Both the position numbers and the translations under genes were made by a program. The notes under the pieces are model-generated. The model did no database searches and was not told the origin of the DNA. It was given only the letters and a program-made list of their open reading frames with translations. This document shows, one piece after another, positions 1-10,170 of a stretch of 64,000 bases of DNA (positions are counted from its first letter, which is position 1; the number at the start of each line of letters is the position of its first letter). The DNA comes from an uncultured Candidatus Saccharibacteria bacterium (GTDB lineage: Bacteria; Patescibacteriota; UBA1384; 2-12-FULL-50-11), in contig CAZRED010000001.1 in the NCBI GenBank assembly GCA_964599405.1, positions 149,942 to 213,941 on the forward strand, in the 5' to 3' direction.

Positions 1-1291
1 CGTAAAATTCGATAATCACTTCCGACAGCGGCGCCTCGTAGCGACAAATTACTCGGTCGCCGACATACTCAACCGTTACAAAATTCATCCGATAGCGCGA
101 ACAGAGTTCGCTAATTGTGCCGTAGTAGCGATTAGGCCCAACAATCTCTAGATCCACCCACGGCTCTTCTTGCACATCACCGGTAAACTTGTAGGCCACG
201 GTGGGAGTAGTGACTAGAACCGAGACATCGAACTCGCGATTTAGGCGCTCTTTAACAATTTCCATATGTAATAGTCCTAAAAAGCCAATATTATAGCCTG
301 GCCCGAGTGCCTTCGAGTGGATTGGCTCGTAGGTAAGCGAAGCGTCGTTGAGCTGAAGCTTTTCCAGGGCTTGAGCTAATAACCGTTCCTCGCCCGGCTC
401 CGGAAAAAACGAGGCGTACAGCATTGGCTTGGGTGTTTGGTAGCCCTCCAGTGCCGTGGCCGTGCTGCCCGCTTCGACAATGGTATCGCCCACCCGACAG
501 TCGCGAACAGTTTTTAAACCGGTGGCAACGTAACCGATCCCGCCGTTTTCTAACACCTCTTGGGCAACGCGTTTGATTTGCATATACCCCGTTTGGACGC
601 AGTCGAACTGGGCGGTAGTAGCGCGCATCAATAGCCGCTGTTGCCTAGACAACTGGCCGTCGATGACTTTGACATATGCTACGGCACCAAGGTACTGATC
701 AAAAAACGAATCGAAAACCAACGCTCGTAGTGGCTTGTCAGAAGTTTGGATCGGGGCAGGAATTCGGCCGACAATGGCGTGTAATAGGTCATTAACCCCC
801 TCGCCGGTTTTGCCGGACACAAAGCAGACATCGTTCAAGCTACAGTCCAGCAAGTTCATCACTTGTGCGGCCGTGTCTTCCACTTGAGCTGTTGGTAGGT
901 CAATTTTGTTGACCACCGGAATTACAATAAGCCCCAGTTTTTGAACCAAATGGAGGTTGGTTAATGTCTGAGCTTGAATACCCTGGCTGGCGTCAACCAA
1001 CAAAACCACCCCCTCCACCGCTGCCAGCGAGCGAGAAACTTCGTAGCCAAAATCCACATGGCCGGGGGTGTCGATTAGGTTAAGCTGAAAATCCCGACCA
1101 TCGTGACGGTAGAACATTCGAGCGGGGTTGAGTTTGATAGTAATGCCCTTTTCTTTTTCCAGATCCATTGTGTCGAGCATTTGATCGCCGCTGCCAACTT
1201 TTACGGTTCCAGTTTTCTCTAGCAAACGATCGGCCAGTGTCGACTTGCCGTGATCAATATGAGCAATGATGGCGAAATTCCGGATTTGCAT
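1..1291 (-). CDS. lepA: Elongation factor 4 (LepA), 3' end beyond window start
   Basis: Manual reverse-strand translation from CAT at 1289-1291: MQIRNFAIIAHIDHGKSTLADRLL...LNLIDTPGHVDF; later GFLGLLHMEIVKERLNREF. Confidence 0.97.
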   Translation of the reverse strand, partial: MQIRNFAIIAHIDHGKSTLADRLLEKTGTVKVGSGDQMLDTMDLEKEKGITIKLNPARMFYRHDGRDFQLNLIDTPGHVDFGYEVSRSLAAVEGVVLLVDASQGIQAQTLTNLHLVQKLGLIVIPVVNKIDLPTAQVEDTAAQVMNLLDCSLNDVCFVSGKTGEGVNDLLHAIVGRIPAPIQTSDKPLRALVFDSFFDQYLGAVAYVKVIDGQLSRQQRLLMRATTAQFDCVQTGYMQIKRVAQEVLENGGIGYVATGLKTVRDCRVGDTIVEAGSTATALEGYQTPKPMLYASFFPEPGEERLLAQALEKLQLNDASLTYEPIHSKALGPGYNIGFLGLLHMEIVKERLNREFDVSVLVTTPTVAYKFTGDVQEEPWVDLEIVGPNRYYGTISELCSRYRMNFVTVEYVGDRVICRYEAPLSEVIIEFY

Positions 1292-1327
1292 ACCTGTTAA
1301 TTCTACCTGAAAACCTATAAAAAATCC

Positions 1328-1471
1328 CTACCTGTACAGAAAGAAATAGGCCAGTGCGCCCAAAACAAGTAATCCAAAAATCGCCACAAAAATCATGCAC
1401 GAAAAACCGCGGCGGTGCCGAGATTTATCTACGTCTCGATAGAATTCTTCTCTGGTTGAATGAGGCGCCAT
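1328..1471 (-). CDS. Small single-TM protein (47 aa), overlapping murJ 3' end
   Basis: Manual translation MAPHSTREEFYRDVDKSRHRRGFSCMIFVAIFGLLVLGALAYFFLYR*; fills murJ-lepA gap; below ORF-track cutoff. Confidence 0.45.
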   Translation of the reverse strand: MAPHSTREEFYRDVDKSRHRRGFSCMIFVAIFGLLVLGALAYFFLYR

Positions 1472-3042
1472 TGTTCAAGTTTTAAGACCTTACTCCAAGC
1501 GATATAGAAAACCATCCCGACAAGCAAGCCGAAAATGATTTCCACGAAGCGGCGGACCGACCCCCCGACACCGAGCTGGGCGCTAAAAGTCGGGGCAAAT
1601 TTTTCGGCGATAATAAAAACGGTTGTCGTGATGCCAACACCCAATAGCAGCGGCAAAAAGTTGAAACGTCGGTCGGCGTCAAACAGAATCTCCCGAATCG
1701 GCAGGCGGAGCGAGAAAAAGAGCAGTATAGCATTGAGCGCCGAACCAATCGAAAAGGCTAGTGATAGACCAGCAACACCCAGATTGGTAGATTGGGCAAA
1801 ATATTCGGCCAGCAGCCAGGCACTACCTAACGAAACTAAGCTAATGGTGGTGGGAATAATGGTGTTGTTTTGGGCAAAGAACGCTCGAGCCAGTAGTAAC
1901 ACCGTAGCCTGAAAGAAAAGTGAGATAACAAAATAGGTAAACGTCGTCACCGCTAGTTGAGTTTCGGCTGGATCAATGCTCTGCCCCAGCGATATATAGA
2001 GGCCAATAATTTGCTCGCGAAAAACCAAGAGAAACGCCATCGTCGGCAGGAATACGTAAAGAATGAATCTTAGAGCCTTCCCAACTAACGCCCGAAACTC
2101 GGTGAGCTGGGCTTTAGCAAAATGTCGGGCAAAGTCCGGCAAAATCGCCATGGCCAACGTATTGGCCAACAACAAAACCGGTGCGGTTTGAAGGTCGTCG
2201 GTTAAGCGGTAAATCGCAATCGAGCCGTCGGGAAAATTCGAGGCGATCCGGTAGAAAACAATTAGTAACAATTGGGTGCCGGTCAGCGCAATTGTCCGGG
2301 GGATCATCAGCCGCACTACCCGAGCAATATGCTGATTACCAAAACCCAGCTCGAATTGGAATCTCCACCCCAACCGCAACAGACTAGGTAGCTGGACTAA
2401 GAAGTGGGCGGCAGCACCTAATACCACGCCAAAAACCAGTACCGACAGGCCGTACTGGGGAATTAAGGTGGCCGCCGAGATGATCGCCAAGTTGTAGATA
2501 ATCGGCGACAAAGCTGGCGCAAAAAATAGCCGCTTGGCTTGCAGAGCCGAACTGGAAAGTTGGGAGACGGTGAAGAAAAGCGGCGAAAGTAATAATACTT
2601 GGGACAGGGTAGTGGTAAGACGCAGCTCCTCGCCGGTAAAGCCGGGGAAAAGACGCGGTGTCACTAATGGTAGTACAAAGTAGAGCACTACCAGCCCCAA
2701 CATCACCGCGATAATGCCAGTACTAATTAAGACGTTGAAAGTGTGCCAAAACTTTTTCTGATCACCTTCCGTATCAATCTGGACCAGTAGTGGCAGAATG
2801 GCCGAGGAAAGAGCGCCGACAATTAAAATACTGTAGAGCAAGTCCGGAAGGGCAAAAGCACTATAGTAGGTGTCGAGCGGGCCAATTGAGCCATAGGTTA
2901 ACCCGACGCGATTGGCGATAATAATATTGCGCGTCAAACCTAAAACGTTGCTGATTAGCACCGTCACAAAAAGAATGCCGGCGGCTTGCTTAAGATTGTT
3001 TGATTTGTGGAATAGTCCGGCCAACCGGCGCAGGGCAGTCAT
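1429..3042 (-). CDS. murJ: Lipid II flippase MurJ (MviN)
   Basis: 537 aa multi-TM; SNVLGLTR, AFALPD, GALSSAILP, SPIIYN motifs. Confidence 0.93.
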   Translation of the reverse strand: MTALRRLAGLFHKSNNLKQAAGILFVTVLISNVLGLTRNIIIANRVGLTYGSIGPLDTYYSAFALPDLLYSILIVGALSSAILPLLVQIDTEGDQKKFWHTFNVLISTGIIAVMLGLVVLYFVLPLVTPRLFPGFTGEELRLTTTLSQVLLLSPLFFTVSQLSSSALQAKRLFFAPALSPIIYNLAIISAATLIPQYGLSVLVFGVVLGAAAHFLVQLPSLLRLGWRFQFELGFGNQHIARVVRLMIPRTIALTGTQLLLIVFYRIASNFPDGSIAIYRLTDDLQTAPVLLLANTLAMAILPDFARHFAKAQLTEFRALVGKALRFILYVFLPTMAFLLVFREQIIGLYISLGQSIDPAETQLAVTTFTYFVISLFFQATVLLLARAFFAQNNTIIPTTISLVSLGSAWLLAEYFAQSTNLGVAGLSLAFSIGSALNAILLFFSLRLPIREILFDADRRFNFLPLLLGVGITTTVFIIAEKFAPTFSAQLGVGGSVRRFVEIIFGLLVGMVFYIAWSKVLKLEQWRLIQPEKNSIET

Positions 3043-3048
3043 TCGGTC

Positions 3049-4359
3049 TTAGTGTACCCGCAGCAGCCGCACCAGAACTAGCCCAGTCGTGAGCAGAATT
3101 ACTAACACTGCCAATACTATCAACTGGACACTGCGGGTAAACGGCAGCGTCTGGTTAATGGTTTGATCGGGCTCCGCCAGTTGCTCAACTGTTGGATCAA
3201 ATAGTAGGGAAGTTCGAGCGATAACCACTTCACCAGCCACCGCTTCCACTACCACTTTTTGTTTTTGGCTGGATAGTGTTTGAACTCGGACTCTTGGTAA
3301 TGTGTCGTCGGCTGCTGTGATAGTCGCTTCACCCGTGACAATGCGAAAGATGACGGAGTTGGTGTCCGCCGCGCCACCATCAACCGTGCGCAGCTTGCCG
3401 TAGACGTCGCTCTCCCGGCTGGTGACCGGCGCCACAGCCAGCAGCTGACTGGTTTCGGCACTGGCTGGTTGGGCCGAAGCTAATGGAGTGGTAAAAGTTT
3501 TTATCTGCGAAGCAGTACTGGTGTCTCCGGTAACAGTGAGGGTACTGACCCGGAAAAAATATTGCTCGCCAGGTAACAGACCGCTCAAACGAATAGCTTG
3601 GTTGGCGTCAGAGGTAGAACCAACAACTTTTTGCGACAGATTGTTGGCGGACACTCCGAAACGAACCTCTACCTGCCCCAGGTAGCGCAGTTGGGCTAAT
3701 ACCACCGCTTCGGTTGGGTACGGCACTACTTCCACTCGGGATATTTGCTGAATCGTCCCCAATTTTTCCCTGGGTTGTTCAACTATTTCTGGCGCTGTTA
3801 CCGCGTCGCTACTAGCTCCACTGCTAATTTGCCCGACGCTGCCTTGAGTAGAAACAACGGCATTGTAGAGGGCGGTGGCTCCTTCTGGGTCGATAGCCGA
3901 GATGATCGTCCGGCTCGGATCAATAGCAATTGTCGTGGCAGATTCAACTAATGCTTTGAAGCTAATCAACCCCACCGATATGTCGCCACGCAGTTGAGCA
4001 ACTAGTCCGTGGCTTGGCGCCGGGATAAACGCCCAGAGGGTTTCGCCGGCTTCGTTAACGGTTTTGCTGGTAGTAAAATCGCTGGCCGGTGTAATCCCCA
4101 CGTACTCCAGTTGGGTTTCGTCGTAAGTCACAGCCACTTGCCCAGCCACGATAAAGGCCGGTATGGAGAAATTGGAGCGCAGCGTCAGCTCCACCGTCCC
4201 GCTGGGCTGAACAGAAAAACTGGTAGGCGTAACGTAAAAACTCGATTGACTTTCAGCCGCTTTAAAGACAATTCGCTGCAAAAACACCGAACCCAGCAGT
4301 AGTACTAGTGTGACAAACGTGACAAAGACAAAGGCCAGCCGGGTGCTCTTCACAGCCAC
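3049..4359 (-). CDS. Surface protein: N-terminal TM, cohesin-like domain, FN3/Ig-like domains, C-terminal TM
   Basis: VTYDETQLEYVGI...VGLISFKAL cohesin-like pattern; LSGLLPGEQYFFRV FN3 pattern; start uncertain. Confidence 0.65.
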   Translation of the reverse strand: MAVKSTRLAFVFVTFVTLVLLLGSVFLQRIVFKAAESQSSFYVTPTSFSVQPSGTVELTLRSNFSIPAFIVAGQVAVTYDETQLEYVGITPASDFTTSKTVNEAGETLWAFIPAPSHGLVAQLRGDISVGLISFKALVESATTIAIDPSRTIISAIDPEGATALYNAVVSTQGSVGQISSGASSDAVTAPEIVEQPREKLGTIQQISRVEVVPYPTEAVVLAQLRYLGQVEVRFGVSANNLSQKVVGSTSDANQAIRLSGLLPGEQYFFRVSTLTVTGDTSTASQIKTFTTPLASAQPASAETSQLLAVAPVTSRESDVYGKLRTVDGGAADTNSVIFRIVTGEATITAADDTLPRVRVQTLSSQKQKVVVEAVAGEVVIARTSLLFDPTVEQLAEPDQTINQTLPFTRSVQLIVLAVLVILLTTGLVLVRLLRVH

Positions 4360-4871
4360 TCCTTGCCATCAGGACGCTTTTCGCCAACACCATAATTTAG
4401 CCGCACCAGCGCTAAGTCTTCACTGGTAACAAAACTATCCAAATCGACATCACCAGTTAGCTGGTCGCTAAACAGGTTATTAATTACGATGGCTTCGTCG
4501 CGCTCGTCAATAACGTTGTCGGCATTAACGTCGCCGATCCGTGGCGTAACAACGTAACGTGCCACGCTTTTGCTGTAGGAAATAGACAACGGTAAGGCCT
4601 GGGGAAGGAGTAGGTAAACCGTGTCCCGCTCCCCGAGAGTGATATTGTCAAGGTTGATTGACCGACAGTTGGTAACCGGGGCATTAATCACCATTGTAAG
4701 ATTGCTGGCGTAGAGCAGCTTCGCCTGCTCCGGACAATAACGCTCCGGCAGGTTGGCTAAGGAAATTGTTTGCCCAACGCTTTGTTGGTTAGCCGCCTTC
4801 GGCCAAGTAACAATGGCATACGCCGCCAATCCCACCAAACCAGTCAAAACCAGGAGGTAAAAATACCGCAT
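4350..4871 (-). CDS. Membrane-anchored dockerin type I-like protein
   Basis: Duplicated Ca-loop repeats GDVNADNVIDERD and GDVDLDSFVTSEDLALVRLNYG. Confidence 0.75.
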   Translation of the reverse strand: MRYFYLLVLTGLVGLAAYAIVTWPKAANQQSVGQTISLANLPERYCPEQAKLLYASNLTMVINAPVTNCRSINLDNITLGERDTVYLLLPQALPLSISYSKSVARYVVTPRIGDVNADNVIDERDEAIVINNLFSDQLTGDVDLDSFVTSEDLALVRLNYGVGEKRPDGKEWL

Positions 4872-4895
4872 AATTGTAGCCTAACACACCTGTCA

Positions 4896-5159
4896 CTAAT
4901 ATTCCCTGGGAGCGTGTTGGCGGTAGACGTAACGAGACAGCCACCACAGCAGTACAAATAGTCCGACCAGCAGCCCATTAATCAGCAGCAGCGTTTCAGT
5001 AAGTGTCACGTCGGCCCTCACTGCCCCCTCGGACGCTTGCAGGAGAAACTGCTTGCCGTAGAGAAAAACTACTACCAGGTTGGCTAGTACGACACAGACA
5101 ATAAAAAGAGTGGCGTAGATTTTGACGAAGCGTTTCATTGGTTTATTAGTTTGATTCAA
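4896..5159 (-). CDS. Small 2-TM hypothetical protein
   Basis: 87-aa ORF with two hydrophobic segments; start may be 5138 (MKRFVK). Confidence 0.6.
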   Translation of the reverse strand: MNQTNKPMKRFVKIYATLFIVCVVLANLVVVFLYGKQFLLQASEGAVRADVTLTETLLLINGLLVGLFVLLWWLSRYVYRQHAPREY

Positions 5160-5180
5160 GCATTGCGTTAAGATGTAGTC

Positions 5181-6776
5181 ATGGCCAAATTACATCGTAC
5201 GGTCTTGATGGGGTTGGGACAAGTAATTCTCGCCCTGTTCTTACTAACAACCGCTTCTCCTGTCAGAGCAGCCGCTCCCATCAATTCATTGGATGTATCT
5301 ATTAACTTGGAAAAGACCGGCCTAGTTACCATCACCCAAGCTATCCAATATGTAACTCCCCAGCAATTAAGCTGGACCCTCTCTTCGCCAGAACGTGGCT
5401 TGAATGTTACCGCCGACGGGAAATTTAGTGAGGTAAAAACCCGTGAACGGAGCGGCAGCACGTTGGTAACGGCCACGACTTTTGCCCGCAATTGGCAGCT
5501 GCAGTACCAGACACCGAGCAGCTTAATTCGCCACAATAACCGCGACCAATTATTTCTGAAAGTTTTCGACCAACCTGGATCGACGATTTATGCGGTTTCG
5601 ATAACGTTCAACCTACCGGGTGTTGTTACCGGTAGCCAACTCACCGGCAATGTCTATGCTATCGGCGGCGTCGAAAACCCCCAGACAACCACCAGCTCCC
5701 CCGACCAACTTCACTACTCCGCCGATTTCGCTGGACCGAGCTCACTTCTGACCGTCAACGCCAATTGGGCGAAAGATGTGCTCGTCCTATCGGCCGTTCA
5801 GGAAGCCCAACTGGCTTTCTACCAGCTTGATGCCGCCCCCTGGCTAGCATTGGGAGTACTGTTGCCACTAGCTAGCCTAATTGTTCTAGCCCGCCTACTT
5901 TTCGCCCAGCGCCGCAGCGAGAGGGTGGTTACAGCCACCAATCCAAAGTTGCCCTCCGCTGCCCCAGCCGTTATCGCTGGCGTACTGGTCCGGAAAAAAA
6001 TCTACCCAGAAGAAATCGCTGCCTTAATTATCGACCTCTGCCAGCGCGGCTACTTACTAATTGTGAAGCGATCGGGAGTGTACTACCTAGTAAGACGCAA
6101 ACCGGCCGACGAAGCCCTCCAAGATTGGGAGCGAAAAATTGTCGATGAATTACTGCCCGTCAACGATCAAACAGGCAGCGAACCAAATTTGCACCAACTG
6201 GGTAGCCAAGCCCTCTACAGCCCGAAAGTCCGCAGCGCCTTCAACAGTATCTACCAAATCGTCACTAACCAAGGCTACTTCACCGAAAACCCCCACCAAA
6301 CCCGAATTCAGTACAAGCTTTTCGCCCTTTTTCTCTATTTCGCTAGTGCTGCCGGGATGGTTTGGTTGGCCGTTTCCGCTGGCAGCCCGTACTTGATTTT
6401 ACCGCTGGCTGGAACGATTATCATTTCACAGCTGATTATTAGAACTTCGCCGCAGATTGCTCACTACAGCGCTAAGGGGATTGCGGAGCGGCAAAAGTGG
6501 CTGGAGTTTGCCAACTTTTTAGCTGAGACTAAACCGTTACCTTTTGAGATGGCTCGCAACCATACATTTGAAAAATACTTGCCGTACGCGGTCGCCCTAG
6601 AAAAAACCTTACCGTGGGCCAAGCGCTTTGACTACTCCAGCATCACCATTTTGAAACCGGACTGGTTTGTGGCCTACGAAGACAGCTCAACCGTTGAGTT
6701 CGCTAAAGAAATTACGGCTTTCGTCAACGAAATATCAACTGGTATTACGACGCTGCGGGGACCGTTAGTGGGCTGA
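5181..6776 (+). CDS. DUF2207-family membrane protein
   Basis: Signal peptide, extracellular domain, AALIIDLCQRGYL and FEKYLPYAVAL motifs. Confidence 0.8.
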   Translation: MAKLHRTVLMGLGQVILALFLLTTASPVRAAAPINSLDVSINLEKTGLVTITQAIQYVTPQQLSWTLSSPERGLNVTADGKFSEVKTRERSGSTLVTATTFARNWQLQYQTPSSLIRHNNRDQLFLKVFDQPGSTIYAVSITFNLPGVVTGSQLTGNVYAIGGVENPQTTTSSPDQLHYSADFAGPSSLLTVNANWAKDVLVLSAVQEAQLAFYQLDAAPWLALGVLLPLASLIVLARLLFAQRRSERVVTATNPKLPSAAPAVIAGVLVRKKIYPEEIAALIIDLCQRGYLLIVKRSGVYYLVRRKPADEALQDWERKIVDELLPVNDQTGSEPNLHQLGSQALYSPKVRSAFNSIYQIVTNQGYFTENPHQTRIQYKLFALFLYFASAAGMVWLAVSAGSPYLILPLAGTIIISQLIIRTSPQIAHYSAKGIAERQKWLEFANFLAETKPLPFEMARNHTFEKYLPYAVALEKTLPWAKRFDYSSITILKPDWFVAYEDSSTVEFAKEITAFVNEISTGITTLRGPLVG

Positions 6777-7310
6777 AGCCTCGTTGGCGCTGATTGAAAA
6801 AAGTCGCACTGATGCTTTACCGACAATATAACTCTCCGGTACTGGTCCCCAGGCTCGGGAGTCGGAGCTGTTGCTACGGTTGTCGCCAAGCACAAAGTAT
6901 TCGTCTTCAGTTAGTTGCCTAGTTAAATCCGGAGTTGTTGCTAAGTCTTTCGGTAAGTAAGCCTCCGGCACTGCCTGGCCGTTAACGGAAACCAGTCCGC
7001 CGGTAATTGTGACTGTTTCTCCGGGCAAGCCGATTACCCGCTTAATAAAACGTTTGTCGGTTTCGCCGGGAAAAAACATTGCCACCACGTCGCCGCGCTT
7101 CGGATTGCTAACTTGATATGTTATTTTACTAACTGCCAAGACTTCACCGTCGTGGTAATTTGGCTCCATACTAGCCCCGCGAACTACCAAGACCGAGTAG
7201 AAAAAGTAATGGGTAATTAACCCGACAACTAAAAGTATAGTCGCCAATTTCGAAAAATCGTAGAGCCAACCAGAAAACCAAAAAAGCCTGTCTGTTATCC
7301 CCTCGCGCAT
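6765..7310 (-). CDS. lepB: Signal peptidase I
   Basis: GASMEPNY (Ser), FIKRVIGLPGE (Lys), GDNRSNSSDSR; start trimmed to MREGITD. Confidence 0.95.
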   Translation of the reverse strand: MREGITDRLFWFSGWLYDFSKLATILLVVGLITHYFFYSVLVVRGASMEPNYHDGEVLAVSKITYQVSNPKRGDVVAMFFPGETDKRFIKRVIGLPGETVTITGGLVSVNGQAVPEAYLPKDLATTPDLTRQLTEDEYFVLGDNRSNSSDSRAWGPVPESYIVGKASVRLFSISANEASAH

Positions 7311-7323
7311 TTGTTTTGTTTGT

Positions 7324-9138
7324 TTACCTAGCTGGCTTAAGTGTAGCAAAGATTGCCGAGAGCTCGCTGTCTTCCAGTGTTTCCTGCTCCAGCAAGGAGC
7401 TAGCCATCTGGTCAAGCACTTGGCGGTGTTTCTTTAAGAGGGCTAGCGCTTGTTTCCAGGCTCGATCAACCATGGTGAAAATCTCCCGGTCAATTTTAGC
7501 GGCTAGTTCTTCGGAATTGGTTTTATGCATGCCTAGCTCACGACCTAAGAAGACCATCTCTTCCCGTTCGCCCATTTTAATTGGCCCGAGCGGGCTCATC
7601 CCGAAAATCATTATCATGTTGCGGGCAATAGTGGTGGCTCGATCCAAATCGTTACTGGCACCGGTCGTGATGCTTTTGAATACTAATTCTTCAGCCGCGC
7701 GGCCACCCAGCAATTGAACAATTTCCTGCTCGAATTTGGCTTTGGAAATTAGTTTACGATCTTCGCTCGGCAAGCTCAAAGTGTAGCCCAGCGCCATTCC
7801 CCGCGAGACAATCGAAACTTTATGAACGTCGTCCAGCTCTGGCAGGAGGTGACCGATTATGGCGTGTCCGGCTTCGTGATAGGCGACAATTTTTCGCTCA
7901 TCTTCTTTCATTAAGTGGCTGGTTCGCTCCGGCCCCAGCAGGGTTTTTTCAATCGCCTGGCGCAAGTGTTTTTGGCTGATTTTTTTCTTGTTTTCCCGGG
8001 CGGCTAAAATCGCCGCTTCGTTAACAACATTGCGCAAATCCGCTCCCGACAAACCGGGGGTGGATTTAGCGGTTTCGGAAAAGTTAACAGTGCTGTCAAA
8101 TGGTTTGTTTTTGGAGTGGATCTTCAAAATCTCTTCGCGTTCTTGGCGATCTGGTAAATCCAGCACGACCTTGCGGTCAAACCGGCCCGGGCGCATCAGC
8201 GCTGGGTCCAACACATCTGGCCGGTTAGTAGCGGCCAAAACAATAACATTAACGTCGGTCTCGAAGCCGTCCATCTCCACCAGGATTTGGTTAAGGGTTT
8301 GTTCACGCTCATCGTGCGAGCCGCCCAGGCCAGCACCGCGCTGGCGACCAACGGCATCCAGCTCGTCGATGAAAATCACCGTCGGCGAAAGTTTCTTGGC
8401 TTTATTAAATAAGTCACGGACCCGGGAAGCCCCGACACCGACAAACATCTCGACAAACTCAGAGGCCGATAGCGACATGAACGGCACGGCGGCTTCACCG
8501 GCGACCGCTTTGGCCAGTAGGGTTTTACCGACACCGGCCGGACCGACCAGCAAGACACCGCGGGGGATTTCTGCGCCGAGAGCTTGGAACTTTTTCGGAT
8601 TTTTCAAAAATTCCACGATTTCCACCAGCTCCTGTTTGGCGTGTTTCAAGCCAGCGACATCGGCAAAAGTCACTTTATTAGCACCGGCATACGGCCGGGC
8701 ACTGGTTTTGCCAAACGACATCGCCTGGGAGTTGCCGCTACGAGCCTGACGGCTCAAGTACCAAAACAGCCCACCGAGCAGTAAGAACGGCAATATAATA
8801 GAAGCAAGCGTGCCCCAAATCGCCCCGGCATCAGGGTCTTTAATGTCAACAATCGTTTTTTCTTGGGTGATGCCATAGTCTTTCAGACCTTGGCTAGCCT
8901 CTTTGTAACCTAGTAGTTTTTTACCTTCGCGGGTTTCGGCGGTAATTTTATTGCCTTCCACCACAACTCGCTCAATATTGCCCTGCTCAACCTGTTTGGC
9001 GATATCGGAGATTGCTACTTCTTCAACAGCCGGATTGCCGCCGAGCGCAAAAAGGCTCCAGATCACCAGCCCTAGAAAAACTAGGGTGAGCACCGAAAAA
9101 GTTTGTCGCCAAAACCGGTTCCTGTTTGTCATTGCCAT
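7324..9138 (-). CDS. ftsH: ATP-dependent zinc metalloprotease FtsH
   Basis: 2 TM, Walker A GPAGVGKT, IFIDELDAVG, RPGRFDR, HEAGH. Confidence 0.98.
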   Translation of the reverse strand: MAMTNRNRFWRQTFSVLTLVFLGLVIWSLFALGGNPAVEEVAISDIAKQVEQGNIERVVVEGNKITAETREGKKLLGYKEASQGLKDYGITQEKTIVDIKDPDAGAIWGTLASIILPFLLLGGLFWYLSRQARSGNSQAMSFGKTSARPYAGANKVTFADVAGLKHAKQELVEIVEFLKNPKKFQALGAEIPRGVLLVGPAGVGKTLLAKAVAGEAAVPFMSLSASEFVEMFVGVGASRVRDLFNKAKKLSPTVIFIDELDAVGRQRGAGLGGSHDEREQTLNQILVEMDGFETDVNVIVLAATNRPDVLDPALMRPGRFDRKVVLDLPDRQEREEILKIHSKNKPFDSTVNFSETAKSTPGLSGADLRNVVNEAAILAARENKKKISQKHLRQAIEKTLLGPERTSHLMKEDERKIVAYHEAGHAIIGHLLPELDDVHKVSIVSRGMALGYTLSLPSEDRKLISKAKFEQEIVQLLGGRAAEELVFKSITTGASNDLDRATTIARNMIMIFGMSPLGPIKMGEREEMVFLGRELGMHKTNSEELAAKIDREIFTMVDRAWKQALALLKKHRQVLDQMASSLLEQETLEDSELSAIFATLKPAR

Positions 9139-9223
9139 AATTTTACACGCAACGGCGAAAAATTCAATCAGCCTAACTGGTTTGGCTGGATTTTTTCAAC
9201 CTAATACTGTAAAATTGTTAATT

Positions 9224-9294
9224 AGCGGGGTGGAGGAATGGCACCTCGGGTGGCTCATAACCACCAGTTGCACGTTCGAATCGTGCCCCCGCTA
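9224..9294 (+). tRNA. tRNA-Met(CAT), initiator-like; CCA not encoded
   Basis: AGCGGGG/CCCCGCT acceptor, GAGG/CCTC D-stem (A11:U24), GGTGG-CTCATAA-CCACC, GCACG-TTCGAAT-CGTGC. Confidence 0.9.
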
Positions 9295-9301
9295 CAAAAA
9301 G

Positions 9302-9330
9302 AAAGGCCGCCCAACCGGGCGGTTTTTCTT
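9302..9330 (+). terminator. Intrinsic terminator after tRNA-Met
   Basis: GGCCGCCC-AACC-GGGCGGTT followed by T run. Confidence 0.7.
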
Positions 9331-9394
9331 GATAGGCCAACCAAAATGAACTAAAGTCGACTTTACTAGTCAGCGATATGAACGACTGTTACAT

Positions 9395-10114
9395 ATGAAC
9401 AATCCCATGAGTCACCAGGTAAAAATTCACGGCGCCCAAACCAGCATTTTGCGCGAGCTGTTGTTTAAGCCGGTGATGGGTTATGCCGAGCTACAGAAGC
9501 CCACTGGCCTAACCAGCGACCACTTCAACTTTCACATCAAAAGGCTTGTTGATGTTGGATTTGTAGAAAAATCCAAAAACGGTCAGTACAAATTAACGTC
9601 GCGTGGCAAAGAATACGCCAATAAGCTCGATACCGACCAAAACACCATCGAACAACAACCGAAAACTACGGTAATCTTAGCGATCACCCGTCAGCGCCAG
9701 GGCGAAACCGAATACCTTTTCCAAAAGCGGTTGAAGCATCCGTATTACGGCTATTGGGGCTTCCCCACCGGAAAAATCCGCTGGGGGGAAACGGTTTTAG
9801 AGACCGCGGCGCGCGAGCTAAAAGAAGAGACCGGACTGGAAGCCAAACACGCCTTCAAAGGAATCTACCACGAGCACGTCTACCAAGAAGAGTCGGGAGA
9901 GCTGCTGGAAGATAAATTATTCTTTATTGTCAGCTGCACCGATACAACGGGGGACTTGATCGAAGAGTTTGAGGGCGGCAAGAACGCCTGGGTTACCCTG
10001 AAAGAAATGGAGACAAAAAAAGTTTTTAACAGCTACCAGCTGGAGCTAGAAGTCGCCCAGGGCAAGCACCGCTTCGTTGAACAAATCCACAAATACTCCA
10101 AAGAGGAGTTTTAA
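9395..10114 (+). CDS. Winged-HTH + NUDIX hydrolase fusion
   Basis: N-terminal HTH (SDHFNFHIKRLV..GQYKLT); Nudix box GKIRWGETVLETAARELKEETGL. Confidence 0.85.
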   Translation: MNNPMSHQVKIHGAQTSILRELLFKPVMGYAELQKPTGLTSDHFNFHIKRLVDVGFVEKSKNGQYKLTSRGKEYANKLDTDQNTIEQQPKTTVILAITRQRQGETEYLFQKRLKHPYYGYWGFPTGKIRWGETVLETAARELKEETGLEAKHAFKGIYHEHVYQEESGELLEDKLFFIVSCTDTTGDLIEEFEGGKNAWVTLKEMETKKVFNSYQLELEVAQGKHRFVEQIHKYSKEEF

Positions 10115-10170
10115 TATTGCTCTTCGTTTCGTTTAAATTATCACCGTTTCTTGCTACAATTTACAGGTTC

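Noticed and set aside
7311-7415. N-terminal extension of lepB
   Set aside because: Overlaps the ftsH 3' end; MREGITD start gives a normal signal peptidase
7988-8749. 253-aa antisense ORF (and similar shadows at 24154-24996, 22195-22596, 40767-41237)
   Set aside because: Antisense shadows of well-supported genes with no motifs of their own
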